From IMG/VR virus record IMGVR_UViG_3300042890_003920: 64,000 nt of DNA; one strand, given 5' to 3'. The notes beneath the pieces were generated by a model. That model was not told the origin of the DNA, did no database searches, and saw nothing but the letters and a program-made list of their open reading frames with translations. Origin of the DNA: a virus (Duplodnaviria; Heunggongvirae; Uroviricota; Caudoviricetes). This document shows positions 63,614-64,000 of this stretch, piece after piece; the first letter of the stretch is position 1, and every line of letters begins with the position of its first letter. A program made the position numbers and the translations under genes.

Positions 63614-63934
63614 TTACTTAATCAAAGTTATCTTACCATTTTTAATATTAAACTTTACAGTTCTAACATCATCTTTAATTTTTAAAAGATAATTACCATC
63701 TAAGTGCTGAGGTACAAAGTAATTAGTTACATAACAATCACCTTTTGTTTTTAAATCATATAATTCAAATTGTACTTTACCAATAGTTTCTATTGTAATT
63801 TCACTTTTCGGATTTAAGGTTTTTACAATAGATAGTGTTTTATTTTCTAATGTAATATCATACACTTGTTGTGCTGATAATGTAGTCGATAAGAATAAAA
63901 TTACTATCGATAAAAATTTAATTATTTTTTTCAT
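63614..63934 (-). CDS. secreted beta-rich protein (signal peptide; possible CTD-like domain)
   Basis: MKKIIKFLSIVILFLSTTLSAQQ. Confidence 0.5.
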   Translation of the reverse strand: MKKIIKFLSIVILFLSTTLSAQQVYDITLENKTLSIVKTLNPKSEITIETIGKVQFELYDLKTKGDCYVTNYFVPQHLDGNYLLKIKDDVRTVKFNIKNGKITLIK

Positions 63935-64000
63935 ACTTGTTTTTATTTTTATATATTATTTTTCTGTTTTTGTTTTATACCCATTTAATTTTTTTCGGAG

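Noticed and set aside
1-64000. Integrase, transposase, or att sites marking a prophage or island boundary; or a defence system (RM, Abi, retron, CBASS)
   Set aside because: No recognisable integrase, recombinase, reverse transcriptase, nuclease-NTPase pairs or cas-like genes were seen. The window looks like internal accessory DNA of a large virus-like element.

Overview
AT-rich (about 30% GC), gene-dense, virus-like accessory DNA whose host signals point to Bacteroidota. The host evidence is lipoprotein signal peptides of the MKK..L(T/S)SC type, a secreted hydrolase-like protein with a T9SS C-terminal sorting domain, and host-type sigmaA -7 boxes (TAnnTTTG) upstream of many minus-strand genes. 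The overall picture is most consistent with a large (jumbo) Bacteroidota phage or phage-like element: dozens of small co-directional ORFs with ATGA overlaps, a freestanding HNH endonuclease, two tRNA-like genes, collagen-like fibre genes, and no integrase, transposase or CRISPR array.

Recognisable products are thymidylate synthase (long form), FolD, ribose-5-phosphate isomerase B, methylglyoxal synthase, an SPFH/band-7 protein with a small membrane partner, an HD-domain hydrolase, pirin, a HAD-like phosphatase, FkbM-family and other SAM methyltransferases, an alpha/beta hydrolase, LRR proteins and collagen-repeat fibre proteins.

The most striking content is two very large paralogous families.
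- Family A has at least 18 full-length copies plus about 10 N-terminus-only relatives. All carry the N-terminus MK[HY]LKxFNE followed by L.DFCE..LAYL.D.G and W.D[IV]KD..IPF motifs. Most have their own copy of a conserved TAATATATAC(A/T)TT motif abutting the ATG.
- Family B has at least 35 small proteins of about 60-110 aa with different bodies but a shared C-terminal tail, roughly [W/x]R[ED]xKLNx[IL][LG]I. They are often arranged head-to-tail, with the tail codons overlapping the next start codon.

Rho-independent terminators, several of them bidirectional, are clear. Many ORF-track starts are over-extended; true starts were inferred from the two promoter classes.
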